DNA of 64,000 nucleotides, taken from a virus. The stretch's first letter is position 1, and each line of letters begins with the position of its first letter. The DNA lies in IMG/VR virus record IMGVR_UViG_3300009431_000003, one strand, 5' to 3'. The position numbers and the translations under genes were made by a program. Below, piece after piece: positions 54,178-63,999 of the stretch. Below the pieces are notes generated by a model. It saw only the letters and a program-made list of their open reading frames with translations, was not told where the DNA came from and made no database searches.

Positions 54178-54324
54178 CTTTATTCTCCTCTTTTATCAAT
54201 TCGCTGATAGCTTTCTTTATGCAAGGTGTACAAAGAATATTACATCCTGTATATCTTTGTACTTGGCGCCAAAGAGAATGTTCTACAGGCTCTCTCCTTG
54301 CAGGTTTTTCACACTGCTCACATT

Positions 54325-54582
54325 TCATTTTGTTCCGTACTTCCAAGCAGCTAAATATGCGTCTGACCTAGCTCTTTGTATTTCTAGCGCAGTTTCACAA
54401 TCTTGTAATTGAGCCTCATATTGTTTTTCTATATCCTTTGAGTCAGATGTTGTAAGGATATCAAAACCAAAAATCGAAATATCCTTGCCGAGACATAATG
54501 AAACTAAAACAAGGCCAAAAAGTAGTATCAGAAGAAGCTTATTTGAAAGAACCTTCTCCATAATTTTTTCTTTGTAGTTCAT
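54325..54582 (-). CDS. Small membrane-anchored coiled-coil protein (spanin-like possible)
   Basis: N-terminal TM helix then coiled coil. Confidence 0.5.
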   Translation of the reverse strand: MNYKEKIMEKVLSNKLLLILLFGLVLVSLCLGKDISIFGFDILTTSDSKDIEKQYEAQLQDCETALEIQRARSDAYLAAWKYGTK

Positions 54583-54857
54583 TTCTTCTCAACAAGTTTG
54601 CCATCTTTAATTTCATATTGTTGTCCAGGAATTAATCCCTGGTCTAGCGTGACATCTATGACTTCGAACTTCATATCTTTCTCAATTACTGTGATAGGTT
54701 TCTGTGTCCCATCCTCTCTGTAGGAAATGATGGTTTTCGTGCCATCAGGCTCATCAACAATTTTTACTTCTGAGCAAATAGGTTCGGGATCCAACTTTAC
54801 CTTAGTAACACTCTTTGCTACTTCAATCACCACGCCATCTTGTACCAGTACTTTCAT
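54579..54857 (-). CDS. Small tail-fibre-associated protein
   Basis: Start at MKVLVQ after AAGGAG; follows the fibre-like gene. Confidence 0.5.
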   Translation of the reverse strand: MKVLVQDGVVIEVAKSVTKVKLDPEPICSEVKIVDEPDGTKTIISYREDGTQKPITVIEKDMKFEVIDVTLDQGLIPGQQYEIKDGKLVEKK

Positions 54858-54867
54858 GTTTTCTCCT

Positions 54868-56583
54868 TTACAATAACAAAGGACTAACAGGCTCAAAGAT
54901 TCTGAAATAACCATTATCTCCGCCTTCAACTTTGAAGGCAAAGAGAATTACTCCTGTTGTTGATACCGCTGCTGTGTTATAAAAACTATCATCTATCCCG
55001 GAGCCTGAGAAGAAAAACGCTTCTTGTTTTAGTGCCACACCTAATTGGGAGATGATATTATACATTCCTTGACGACCATTTATTCCAGCTCTATAAGTAT
55101 TTAAAACGTCACCATTTGGAAGGGGAACTACCCCTAATACAGTTGGGTCAGTATCGGTTAACACTGTATATGGAACCTCATTCTCGCCTTCCCCGTCAAA
55201 TGTACGATAGTAAAATTCCCCACTGCTCCAATTATAAGCAACCATCATGAAATGGCCGTTTTTTAACGGACATAATTTAGGATTTCTACTATAATTGTGT
55301 CCCAGACTCGTAAACCCCTTAACCTCATTCAAGTTCTGGTCAAATACTTTATAGTATGTATAACCATTATTATAGACCATCGCTGCTGCTACATTACCAT
55401 TCTGTAGTGTGCAACAAGAGGAGTCCCCTGCTAAACTCCCCAAATAGACCCATCCTCCAACAGTATTCCCAAATTCGTCGTATTTCTGGAGATACGCAGC
55501 ACCATTAGGTAAATACTCAAAAAGTAGGACAAACCCCCCATCATTCAAAGCTGTTACTGACAGGCTAGGCGTTCCAGAAGCAGAGTCAGTAATAAATGCT
55601 GTAACTGGGACTACATTATTACCATTTTGATCCCAAATTCCATAACAAGTGTCACCAAGAAATCCTGGGTCTTTCCATATAAGAACAAAATTGCCATTGT
55701 TTAGTACTGCACTGGCTATATATTCCGGTTTATTAGTATGAAATGTAGTTGGGCTGAGAACAATATTTTTACGAGGCCCAACAATTGTAAACATTCCGTC
55801 ATCACTATCGTCTTCTGCATAAGAAATAACAAAGTTACCATTATGTAATCCCGATGCTGCCATGTATTGAACTCTATTATTCTCAAATTGAGTAGAACCA
55901 GCTCCAACTTGAGCATAGTCTGGGTGTAAGGATACTGCTGCATCCGTAAATTTTTGTGGGGTTACATACCTGGCATCTGGTATCTTATACTCGTACCCAT
56001 CTCCCCCTTCTATAAGTTGTACTTTTGGTATTGTGGAACCAGCAACATGTTTACCAGCAATACCAAGACCTCTATAATTTCCACCATCTGATGTATTTAA
56101 GACAGAAGTGCCATTTCGTGTGTAATCTCCGCCATCTGCTTCACACCTATATAATGTTTCTGTCTCTACAACATAATATAGATCATCATCTGAGAACGAT
56201 TCCACTTCTGCTAAAGCAGCAGTTGTAAAAGTATCTAATCCACCGCCACCACCTGCGGCAATGGCATCGTCCACATATTTCTTAGTTGCAGCTTCTTGGT
56301 CAGATGTTGGGTCAAGGAGATTTACTATTTTTTGAGCATTAAGATTAATATCTCCATCAGGAATCACAAACTCATTTAACTTAATCGTCAAAGCTGCAAG
56401 AATTGCTGTTGCGTCTTCATATTTATCGTGATTTAAAGGGTTTGCGTCCCCTTTTATTCCCATTGCCGCAACAGCGTCTCCGTCGCCATAATGGTCCAGA
56501 TCAGTAATATCTGCTTCAACATGCGTATGTGGCCCCGGAACCCCACCGCCTGAGGGTCCTTGATATCCGCCTCCTGGTGCCAT
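54868..56583 (-). CDS. Putative tail fibre/receptor-binding protein
   Basis: NLLDPTSDQEAATKKYVD fibre motif; repeated xxLxNGNFV blades suggesting a beta-propeller. Confidence 0.65.
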   Translation of the reverse strand: MAPGGGYQGPSGGGVPGPHTHVEADITDLDHYGDGDAVAAMGIKGDANPLNHDKYEDATAILAALTIKLNEFVIPDGDINLNAQKIVNLLDPTSDQEAATKKYVDDAIAAGGGGGLDTFTTAALAEVESFSDDDLYYVVETETLYRCEADGGDYTRNGTSVLNTSDGGNYRGLGIAGKHVAGSTIPKVQLIEGGDGYEYKIPDARYVTPQKFTDAAVSLHPDYAQVGAGSTQFENNRVQYMAASGLHNGNFVISYAEDDSDDGMFTIVGPRKNIVLSPTTFHTNKPEYIASAVLNNGNFVLIWKDPGFLGDTCYGIWDQNGNNVVPVTAFITDSASGTPSLSVTALNDGGFVLLFEYLPNGAAYLQKYDEFGNTVGGWVYLGSLAGDSSCCTLQNGNVAAAMVYNNGYTYYKVFDQNLNEVKGFTSLGHNYSRNPKLCPLKNGHFMMVAYNWSSGEFYYRTFDGEGENEVPYTVLTDTDPTVLGVVPLPNGDVLNTYRAGINGRQGMYNIISQLGVALKQEAFFFSGSGIDDSFYNTAAVSTTGVILFAFKVEGGDNGYFRIFEPVSPLLL

Positions 56584-56586
56584 AAT

Positions 56587-57171
56587 TTAATCCTCCGAGT
56601 ACCAAAGAGTCATTGTATTACCCGCCGCGGCAGCGATTGCATAAACCTTATTGATGTCTGTAGTCTCTCCTTCTGCAATTGGCCAACTCAAAGAAGCTCC
56701 CGGCAGGAGACCTTCAGCCCCAATTGCAATAGTATCATCCCCAATAAATATTGGGTTTACGTTCCCAGTATGCGCCACAATAATTAAGGAGTTAACCACA
56801 AGAGAAGTACCCATTAAGGGCGCTGGAACTCCATTGCCTGCCTCTGCTTCTGCAAAGTCCAGATCACTTGGCATATCTACAAGCTCCCATCCAGCCGGCC
56901 AGTTGGCAGAAGGCACCTGAGTTACTGCATCAGCATCAACCAACATATAATCATCTCGATCAGGGTCCTCATCTTCAATATCCTTTACGGGATACTTGAA
57001 AACAACATACCCGGCGCCTTCATTAGAAAGCTCGATGCCGGCAATCCAATCCGCTTCGATCATATTTACATTGAGAAATGTATCTAAAAGCTCGGCCCTG
57101 GCTACTCTATAAGTAAACCAAAGGTATCCTTCTCGTTGAGCTTCAAGATACGGTGGACATGGAAGATACAT
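56587..57171 (-). CDS. Putative virion protein
   Basis: Acidic protein in the late operon. Confidence 0.55.
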   Translation of the reverse strand: MYLPCPPYLEAQREGYLWFTYRVARAELLDTFLNVNMIEADWIAGIELSNEGAGYVVFKYPVKDIEDEDPDRDDYMLVDADAVTQVPSANWPAGWELVDMPSDLDFAEAEAGNGVPAPLMGTSLVVNSLIIVAHTGNVNPIFIGDDTIAIGAEGLLPGASLSWPIAEGETTDINKVYAIAAAAGNTMTLWYSED

Positions 57172-57702
57172 TTATAATACTCCTTCAGCCGGGGTTGTAA
57201 GGTTTGCCATAATCCCCCCATTAATAATCCAATAAGGAGAATGAGTGCTGGCAACCCCTAACGCCCTCTCTATGTTGTGGGCGACTTTAAGCTTTTGCTT
57301 TTTATTCTCATACGCGTTACGGAGAAACTGCATCAAATTCATCATTTGAGGGATACCTTCTTCTGTAGATACAGTTACATTCCCATCTGCGTAGCTCATG
57401 TAGTTTCGCATCTTTAAATGAACAATAGACTCAAGAATAACCGCTGTAGCTCCCGTACGAATGATACTAAATCCTTGAGTGGCTGTCTCCGACAGGAAAT
57501 CAGAGAGATTGTATGTTCCTATAAGTGGGGGAGATATAGTAAAATCATCAAGGATATCAGCTATAGCCCAACCAATCATTCGATCATTGGTCTCTTCTCC
57601 GCTAATAAGCCTATTCAGCGCAGGATCATCTCTCAGACCCGCACGTACAAGGGTAACAGCCAATCTCCAGAGGGGATCACTTGTAATAGAGATAGGCTGC
57701 AT
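57172..57702 (-). CDS. Putative head-tail adaptor/neck protein
   Basis: Position after the capsid genes; helical, RNYMSYADGNV pattern. Confidence 0.45.
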   Translation of the reverse strand: MQPISITSDPLWRLAVTLVRAGLRDDPALNRLISGEETNDRMIGWAIADILDDFTISPPLIGTYNLSDFLSETATQGFSIIRTGATAVILESIVHLKMRNYMSYADGNVTVSTEEGIPQMMNLMQFLRNAYENKKQKLKVAHNIERALGVASTHSPYWIINGGIMANLTTPAEGVL

Positions 57703-57712
57703 TTACCCTCCT

Positions 57713-58243
57713 TCATTGTGGTAAATCTGCTCCGCTTTTTACCGCATCCGAAATAAGAGAAGAAATATTTGCTTTAGAAATGTTCCCTCTAAATTCAAGA
57801 CCCATTGCTGTGGCTTTCTCTTTCAGCTTCGCATAAGACATTTTTGACAGCTCTGGGTAGTTCTGCTTTGCGGGGGTGGGTAATGAAGTCTTTACTTTTG
57901 CCGACCTTGCCTTATGGCGCTTGATCTTGGTTACAACTACCTCATCCAGAAGTTTGGCGTGCGAGGTATTATGCTTCATCTTTATACCTTGATCTCTCGA
58001 AGCATTTGGATATCCTTCAGGAGGAGTTACTCCAATATGTATTAGGCCCGCTTCTTTCAGCTTAGCAATTTGAGGCTTAAGCCTGCCTTTCCCTTTAAGA
58101 GTATAAAGTACAGACTCCGCAAATGATGCAGTTTTGCCTGGAGCAATTTCCGTATTGAAAACTGTAACAGCCTTGGGCTGAGCAATGCTCTTATCCCTTA
58201 GCGGGGTTTTTACATCAGTTATATTCCAAACTTTAACAGACAT
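57713..58243 (-). CDS. Protein with C-terminal HeH/Rho-N-like domain
   Basis: LSKMSYAKLKEKATAMGL...SKANI. Confidence 0.6.
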   Translation of the reverse strand: MSVKVWNITDVKTPLRDKSIAQPKAVTVFNTEIAPGKTASFAESVLYTLKGKGRLKPQIAKLKEAGLIHIGVTPPEGYPNASRDQGIKMKHNTSHAKLLDEVVVTKIKRHKARSAKVKTSLPTPAKQNYPELSKMSYAKLKEKATAMGLEFRGNISKANISSLISDAVKSGADLPQ

Positions 58244-58259
58244 GCACGTTACCTACCTT

Positions 58260-58814
58260 TCATTCCTGACTGTAATTTAGCATACGCTCAATCAGGATTT
58301 TTTTGGAACCTCCACCGCTCAGGCCAAGCTCCTTTGCCTTTGCCCGCAAGTCATTGAACTTCCAGGTGAGAAGCTCAGTTTCAGACGGAATCATTGATTT
58401 CTCTTCCTCTGCAGGCGCTTTCGGTTCCTCCCCTACCTTATCAGGTGTAGGAGAAGTAACGGGCTCCACTTTGGGCTCGTCGGCTGGTTTTTCTGGCTCA
58501 GGTTCGGGCTGCTTGACTTCCTTGGGTTTCTTGTCCTTGGCGGGAGTATAAAATTCCACTAGATTAATTTCTTCGCCCGTTTCCAGATTGTGGACCGTAA
58601 GTGCGCCTGCTTTAAATACCGGAAGGAGCTTCGCCTCATGGTCGAGCAGGAACTGTAGGTCGCATTGTTCTTTTTTGTGAGGAAAGAAAATTTTATTTCC
58701 CACACGAAAAGTTTTTTGGGAAAGAGTGGGACTAAGTGCCATTCTCAAAGGCACACCAAATTTCCTCTCTCTTCGACCCCTATCATAAGTTAATGTAAAA
58801 AGTATTGTTTCCAT
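58260..58814 (-). CDS. Protein with C-terminal SAP/Rho-N-like domain
   Basis: WKFNDLRAKAKELGLSGGGSKKILIERM after a Pro/Glu linker. Confidence 0.6.
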   Translation of the reverse strand: METILFTLTYDRGRRERKFGVPLRMALSPTLSQKTFRVGNKIFFPHKKEQCDLQFLLDHEAKLLPVFKAGALTVHNLETGEEINLVEFYTPAKDKKPKEVKQPEPEPEKPADEPKVEPVTSPTPDKVGEEPKAPAEEEKSMIPSETELLTWKFNDLRAKAKELGLSGGGSKKILIERMLNYSQE

Positions 58815-58842
58815 ATATTTCCTACCTTTGCCGGATTAATAA

Positions 58843-58870
58843 TCTGGTGAGGGTCGAAACCCTCACCAGA
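58843..58870 (-). terminator. Stable hairpin after major capsid gene
   Basis: TCTGGTGAGGG/CCCTCACCAGA 11-bp stem; weak T tail on minus strand. Confidence 0.5.
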
Positions 58871-58892
58871 AAAATAATGCTTACAGCGTGGA

Positions 58893-60011
58893 CTAATACT
58901 GCCTGATATTCGGGAACATAAGTCCTTCGTCCAAGTAGTTATTCTCCACTTCAATATCTTCTTCAGCAACCGGAAGCCTATCAGCAAAACCGGCATCGGT
59001 GAAATCAGGAGTCACTGAACCCCGATAAAGCTCCAGCTTGCGTACAGCAGAAATGTTCGGGAAGCCCATACCAATGTCTTCCCATGCTTGCCACCAAATC
59101 AAATTGACTTCTTTGTCAATGTAGAATTTAGTGTTATTCAAGACATAGAACCGACCAAAGAAATCCGGGTCGGTAAATATGTAAACATTTCCTGTTCTAA
59201 GAATGTTAGTTTTGATGGTACGGATGACCTTCATACCCAACACTGTGTTTGCCTTGTAGCCTTCTTTTGTGGTTTCCCACTGACCAGGGTCACCCATTTC
59301 CTCAGCAGTCCACTGACCGATATCATCCCAATCCGGCTCGGTCATGAGAATGACTTTCGGAGCGAGGCGGTTACCGGAAAGAAGCTTCTTCAGCTCTACA
59401 AAGTCGGGGCGTTGAATCGGACGGACAGTAAAGTCATCCACACCACCAGCTTCCAGAGCCAGTCGGCCTTTAATGACAGAGAAAGAAGCTGCTGTACCAT
59501 TCAGTACATTGGTCCTGTTGAATGCAATACCACCAGTCTCTTCGAGCTGTACAGCCTGGATACATGCTTCGATATGCAGAGTAAATTCCCTGTCCTCTAT
59601 CTCTTCAATATCTTTGTCTGTATTGTCCTCAATGATTTTGGTAATCGGCATTGTGTATGCCAACAGTTCCTGCTCAGTCTTCTCAAACCGCTCTGAGGTG
59701 ATAGTAAAGAAGGATATTCCAACGCGAGGAGCAGAAATAATCCGCGCAGTAGGTTGTCCGCGGAAATCCACGGTCATTGCCTTGCTGTTTGGTTCAATTT
59801 CTACAACCTTCAAAATAGTATCATGTTCCAAGGAAACCTGGCACTCATCACGAGTGACCTGCTTCGGAACAATGATGCTTCTAACATACGCACTCTCCCG
59901 CAGATGGTCCCGGATATAATCTCCTGTTAACTGGGCAACTTTAGCCCGTTCCTCGGGATTATCCAGTTTCTGGGAGAGCATTTGATTGATGTAATGTGCG
60001 CTCGCACTCAT
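58893..60011 (-). CDS. Major capsid protein (HK97-type, putative)
   Basis: 372 aa; follows scaffold-like and decoration-like genes; sequence character of jumbo-phage capsids; downstream hairpin. Confidence 0.7.
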   Translation of the reverse strand: MSASAHYINQMLSQKLDNPEERAKVAQLTGDYIRDHLRESAYVRSIIVPKQVTRDECQVSLEHDTILKVVEIEPNSKAMTVDFRGQPTARIISAPRVGISFFTITSERFEKTEQELLAYTMPITKIIEDNTDKDIEEIEDREFTLHIEACIQAVQLEETGGIAFNRTNVLNGTAASFSVIKGRLALEAGGVDDFTVRPIQRPDFVELKKLLSGNRLAPKVILMTEPDWDDIGQWTAEEMGDPGQWETTKEGYKANTVLGMKVIRTIKTNILRTGNVYIFTDPDFFGRFYVLNNTKFYIDKEVNLIWWQAWEDIGMGFPNISAVRKLELYRGSVTPDFTDAGFADRLPVAEEDIEVENNYLDEGLMFPNIRQY

Positions 60012-60023
60012 GTCAACTCTCCT

Positions 60024-60560
60024 TTATGGACCCGCGGGGGTTTCCATATATTGGGGATGGAATTCAAAGCGGATTTTATCGGTGTAGACTTTCGTCACAC
60101 GTCCAATAACCCAGATACCAGTATCTCCGGTCCATTTGGCAAGACCTCTACGAGGCGTGGCGCCACTGTCCTCAATGTTCTGCACAGTAAGCAGATCATC
60201 TTCAGCCAGAGCATCCTCACCTTCGCCCATTTCAATGATATCTGTTTCAGCTTCGAATGCATTGAGCCACAAGAACGATGCCTTGGGCTCAGCCATTGCC
60301 TGAGACGCATAATAACCTTTTGGTACAAAAAGTGGATAGGGACGGTGTACTCCCTCACCTACTCCGACAACTCCCGGGTCGCCGTATAAGGCACTACGCT
60401 GCATTTTCCCGTCAATAAACTCACACCACTCTCCCATAATAAGAGCCTCATCGGCACCTCCGCTGGAATAAGGATCCAACAGTGCCTTTGGGTCTGTTTG
60501 GAGAGAACGTGTTTGTACTTTGCCAAACGGGGAAATGAGTTTGAAAAAATCAGTTGCCAT
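60024..60560 (-). CDS. Putative capsid decoration protein
   Basis: Immediately upstream of the capsid gene; beta-rich 178 aa. Confidence 0.5.
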   Translation of the reverse strand: MATDFFKLISPFGKVQTRSLQTDPKALLDPYSSGGADEALIMGEWCEFIDGKMQRSALYGDPGVVGVGEGVHRPYPLFVPKGYYASQAMAEPKASFLWLNAFEAETDIIEMGEGEDALAEDDLLTVQNIEDSGATPRRGLAKWTGDTGIWVIGRVTKVYTDKIRFEFHPQYMETPAGP

Positions 60561-60582
60561 TTGCTCATTCCTCCTGTCTTGC

Positions 60583-60960
60583 CTAACTGGCTAAATAGTC
60601 AAGCAGACGAGTTTTGGTGTTGATCGCTTCTGAAGGTTCCTCGCTAAGCAATGTTCCGACTTTACCACTGGATGCTCGCTTCTCATGGAAGTCCATGGCG
60701 GCTTCAAGAGTATCGATCTGTTGTGCTCTTTGAGCAACAAAATTGACTTTGTCTTCAAAAGACAAGTTCGAATCGATTCCTGCACCTTCCATCCGGCGGG
60801 CTAAGGACTGTGCCCTTTTTTCGAAATTGCTGTTATTCACGACACCTTGCAGTCGTACGTTTTCCTCACGCAAGTATTTGATTTCCGCACTGGCCTGTTT
60901 CAAAAGAACACTTGCCGCTGCTACCGCTTCTGCTACCTTTGTTGCACTAAGCTTTTGCAT
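60583..60960 (-). CDS. Scaffold-like coiled-coil protein
   Basis: TKVAE, LKQAS, EKRAQ, EKRAS. Confidence 0.55.
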   Translation of the reverse strand: MQKLSATKVAEAVAAASVLLKQASAEIKYLREENVRLQGVVNNSNFEKRAQSLARRMEGAGIDSNLSFEDKVNFVAQRAQQIDTLEAAMDFHEKRASSGKVGTLLSEEPSEAINTKTRLLDYLAS

Positions 60961-62141
60961 TACATGCCTCCTTCTGTTCCAGGTACAGGAGCAGGTCCAC
61001 CAGGAGCTGGCATACCACCCTGCATCAATGCTTCAATTTCCTCATCTGATACAACCCCTGCTTCAGGAGGCTGGCCAGTCTTCACAGCGGCGAGAGCAGC
61101 ACCAATAGTGGCAGACTCTGCATCCTTTTGCTTCTTGGCAGCGACCAATTTAGCTACGGCTACCGGGTCACCAGGAGTCTGCATCTCCGGAGGCATTCCA
61201 CCCTGTTCGGGGCTGCCCATCGGAGGTACTCCACCTGGAGGCATTCCACCCATAGGAGGTGCGGCTGCCGGAGGTACCGGAGGAGGTCCTGCAGGCGGTG
61301 CTCCACCTGGAGGGATTGCTTGCGCCAGCTTACGCTGGTAGATCTTATACGCCAGCTTTTCACGGTTAGAAAGTCCTTGACCAGTCATACGCTGTACGGC
61401 AGAAGCAATCTTGGAGACTTCATCTGCTTTTGACCACATTTTTCCAATAACTGGATCAGTCCTCTTACTGTGGGCCGGCTCGTTCAACACCTGAGCTAGC
61501 TGCTTCTTCACAGGAGAGTCAGCACTTTTCTTGGTATAATCAATCGCAGCCATATTAGACTGGATTAATTTCCGTGCTTCATTACCTCCCCCACTCGGCT
61601 TACTTGCAGAGTGCTGTCCTGTCGTAACGACATTAGGCTGTTTTCCTTCTCCGCCGTCACGTTCTGGTTGAGTTGATGTTAAATTGTCGATGAGACGTTT
61701 TTTCGTGCTACCGCTGCGATTAGCTTTAGCAACAGGATTAACTACCTCATCTGTTTTAATTGCATTCCCTTCCTGCATAGGAGTTGTCATTGGAGTACCG
61801 TGTTGAGTACTTCCTCCCATAGGGTTGGATGCCGATTGCCCGATGATCGGGGGTCCGCTCGGGGCAGCTGTAACTACTGGAGACTCCTGGCCCATTTTCA
61901 TGCGAAGAAGCTGGGCCAACTTCTCTCTATTGCCCCGATCTTCCTGGATACCTCCCAGGCGTGGAACAACGTAGTCGAGCTGCGCGGCGACCTTTTCCAG
62001 CTCACCGAGATTAACCGGGTTGAACGCTTGTTCCAATACCTGCTCGGCGGGCTGCTCCTGTGGTACAGCGGCTGTTTTTACAGTCTCTTCCCTTAGAGCA
62101 TCAATCCGACGAGCGAGCATGTCATGGATTGCGTCAGCCAT
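60960..62141 (-). CDS. Scaffold-like low-complexity K-x-A motif protein
   Basis: Start at MADAIH after AAGGAG; VKTAA, EKVAA, EKLAQ, SKIAS; Pro/Gly-rich tail. Confidence 0.65.
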   Translation of the reverse strand: MADAIHDMLARRIDALREETVKTAAVPQEQPAEQVLEQAFNPVNLGELEKVAAQLDYVVPRLGGIQEDRGNREKLAQLLRMKMGQESPVVTAAPSGPPIIGQSASNPMGGSTQHGTPMTTPMQEGNAIKTDEVVNPVAKANRSGSTKKRLIDNLTSTQPERDGGEGKQPNVVTTGQHSASKPSGGGNEARKLIQSNMAAIDYTKKSADSPVKKQLAQVLNEPAHSKRTDPVIGKMWSKADEVSKIASAVQRMTGQGLSNREKLAYKIYQRKLAQAIPPGGAPPAGPPPVPPAAAPPMGGMPPGGVPPMGSPEQGGMPPEMQTPGDPVAVAKLVAAKKQKDAESATIGAALAAVKTGQPPEAGVVSDEEIEALMQGGMPAPGGPAPVPGTEGGM

Positions 62142-62364
62142 GCCATCTCCTTTCATTTGTTTGACGAAGCGGCAGTGGCCTTTTTTCCTCAAAGGCCGCA
62201 ACCCTTTTAGATAGCGTTGTTTGTAACTTACTGCCTTTAGCTAACCTTATAGGGTCACCGGCCAATGATGGCGGAGTCCTCACACCAGCTTTTTTAGAGT
62301 TAGTGTCACTCCTCAGGCTTTGTCTTCCTAATGCTAGTTTTGTAAGCCACTGCAGTTCAATCAT
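62134..62364 (-). CDS. Small hypothetical protein
   Basis: 76 aa, LTKLAL near N-terminus; fills the gap. Confidence 0.35.
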   Translation of the reverse strand: MIELQWLTKLALGRQSLRSDTNSKKAGVRTPPSLAGDPIRLAKGSKLQTTLSKRVAAFEEKRPLPLRQTNERRWHG

Positions 62365-62409
62365 TTGCCGCTACGAGAGCGAGTTGCCCCGCTACCGCCT
62401 CGCTCTGAA

Positions 62410-63087
62410 TTAATAGATAAGACGCCTCACAGCATTTCTAAGCAGCTCAGTGCCGGGGTCGGCAGAAGCTTGCTTAGTCATGGGCGGATTGCCAGCTAAC
62501 TTCTGTGCAATCTTTTCTCGCAAAATGTCTGTCTTGGATACCTGCCCGCTTTGAAGGGCATACGCCAATTTTTCCCGAGCAGTCGGTTGAGTATTCATAG
62601 GGAACTGTACTTGCTGGCCTTGTGCCTGTGCCACAGCAATTTTATTCAGCTCATCTGTCATACTATGAGCCATGTGCCGACCAGTAAAGTCAGCTACCGC
62701 AATTTGTCGAGCAGCTTCTTTTACTTCTTCGTTCATTACGGCCTCTTCCGTTGCCGCAGGGGCGCCTTCTTCAGCCACAAGAGCCTGCTCAACTTCTGCA
62801 GCCAGTTCGGGGTCCGCTTCAAGGATTTCACCCAGAAGTTCCGGATCTTCCATAACCGCCGCAGCAATTTGTTCCTCTTCACCAGTTATTTCACCAGGCT
62901 CACCAGAGAGTTCAGACGCGACAGCTTCGAGTTCCTCTTCGGAGAGGTTCTCAATATCACCGCCACCCTCTTCAATCGCCTCAGCCGCAGCTTCTGCAGC
63001 CAACTTGGACAGCTCTTCCATATCAACAGCACCTTGCGGTTGTGTTGTCTGGTAGTGTTGCCCAAGTAAGTCATTAAATGTACTCAT
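62410..63087 (-). CDS. Acidic scaffold-like K-x-A motif protein
   Basis: SKLAA, MTDELNKIAVAQ, EKLAY, TKQAS; GAGGAG RBS. Confidence 0.65.
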   Translation of the reverse strand: MSTFNDLLGQHYQTTQPQGAVDMEELSKLAAEAAAEAIEEGGGDIENLSEEELEAVASELSGEPGEITGEEEQIAAAVMEDPELLGEILEADPELAAEVEQALVAEEGAPAATEEAVMNEEVKEAARQIAVADFTGRHMAHSMTDELNKIAVAQAQGQQVQFPMNTQPTAREKLAYALQSGQVSKTDILREKIAQKLAGNPPMTKQASADPGTELLRNAVRRLIY

Positions 63088-63099
63088 GTGTTACACTCC

Positions 63100-63999
63100 T
63101 CAAAAGGTTCTGGGTTGATTTACTGCAAGTTTGAGATCGTACAGCGCTTTCTTTACTGCAGGATTGCTCAATATTGACTGAGTCCTCTTTGCTCCATACA
63201 CCCCACCTACAGTGAGCGCCGCTGATGTAGAAAGAGGGTATTCAGCCACAAGCTTTCCAGGCCCGCTTAATGATTTACCTTCTTGCTGCTTCTTCCTTTG
63301 ATGTGCCGAAGCAAGATAGATAGCGGGTGCGATCCCAAATAATGCCAGACCTGTCAAGAGTTTAGGATCAACCCTTGCCAGCTTTACACCGCGGAAGAAT
63401 GCGTCATCGAGATCTTCCTTAACAATTACGTCATATATTTCAGGAATTGCCTCGATAATAGGCACGCACGACGCAGCTGTTTTGATAAGAGCATCTCGGT
63501 AGCCATTGTAGGCTGCAGATATCTTATCTAAAAGCGGCGTAGACGCCTCCTCTGCTGGAGGATTATTGTCCGTGTGCTGCGGCTTTACTACTATAATTTG
63601 TGCAACCCGTCTTTTTAGAACGGGTAAAAAAGCTGATCTATGTGGGATAAGCCCTGACATACTCATACCTAATTCAGGCATGAACATCTCAGGACCCATT
63701 CCGACTGGAAACATATCCTTACAAGGGGAGAATATCTGGTTTGCTTGAGACATATCCCATTCCCGTGCAGGCTTGCCCATTTTTATGACCACAATTTTCT
63801 GAAATTCTGACGGCTTTAGAGTCACACCTAACCCCGCAAGAGTACTAAGGATATTGCCAAGAGGCAACTCTGACAAAGACCCTAGCTTGGCATCCGGAAT
63901 GGCAGGCTCTTCGGCACCAAGAAATTGTATATTGTCTTCCGATAAATTAGATTTAATTTCCTTGTCTATATCGCTGGTTTTTATTTCTGCACTTTGTTT
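63100..63999 (-). CDS. 3' part of a large head-region gene running off the window (possibly the prohead protease)
   Basis: Frame stays open to the window edge (KQSAEIKTSDIDKEIK...); IKTAA; identity inferred from position only. Confidence 0.55.
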   Translation of the reverse strand, partial: KQSAEIKTSDIDKEIKSNLSEDNIQFLGAEEPAIPDAKLGSLSELPLGNILSTLAGLGVTLKPSEFQKIVVIKMGKPAREWDMSQANQIFSPCKDMFPVGMGPEMFMPELGMSMSGLIPHRSAFLPVLKRRVAQIIVVKPQHTDNNPPAEEASTPLLDKISAAYNGYRDALIKTAASCVPIIEAIPEIYDVIVKEDLDDAFFRGVKLARVDPKLLTGLALFGIAPAIYLASAHQRKKQQEGKSLSGPGKLVAEYPLSTSAALTVGGVYGAKRTQSILSNPAVKKALYDLKLAVNQPRTF

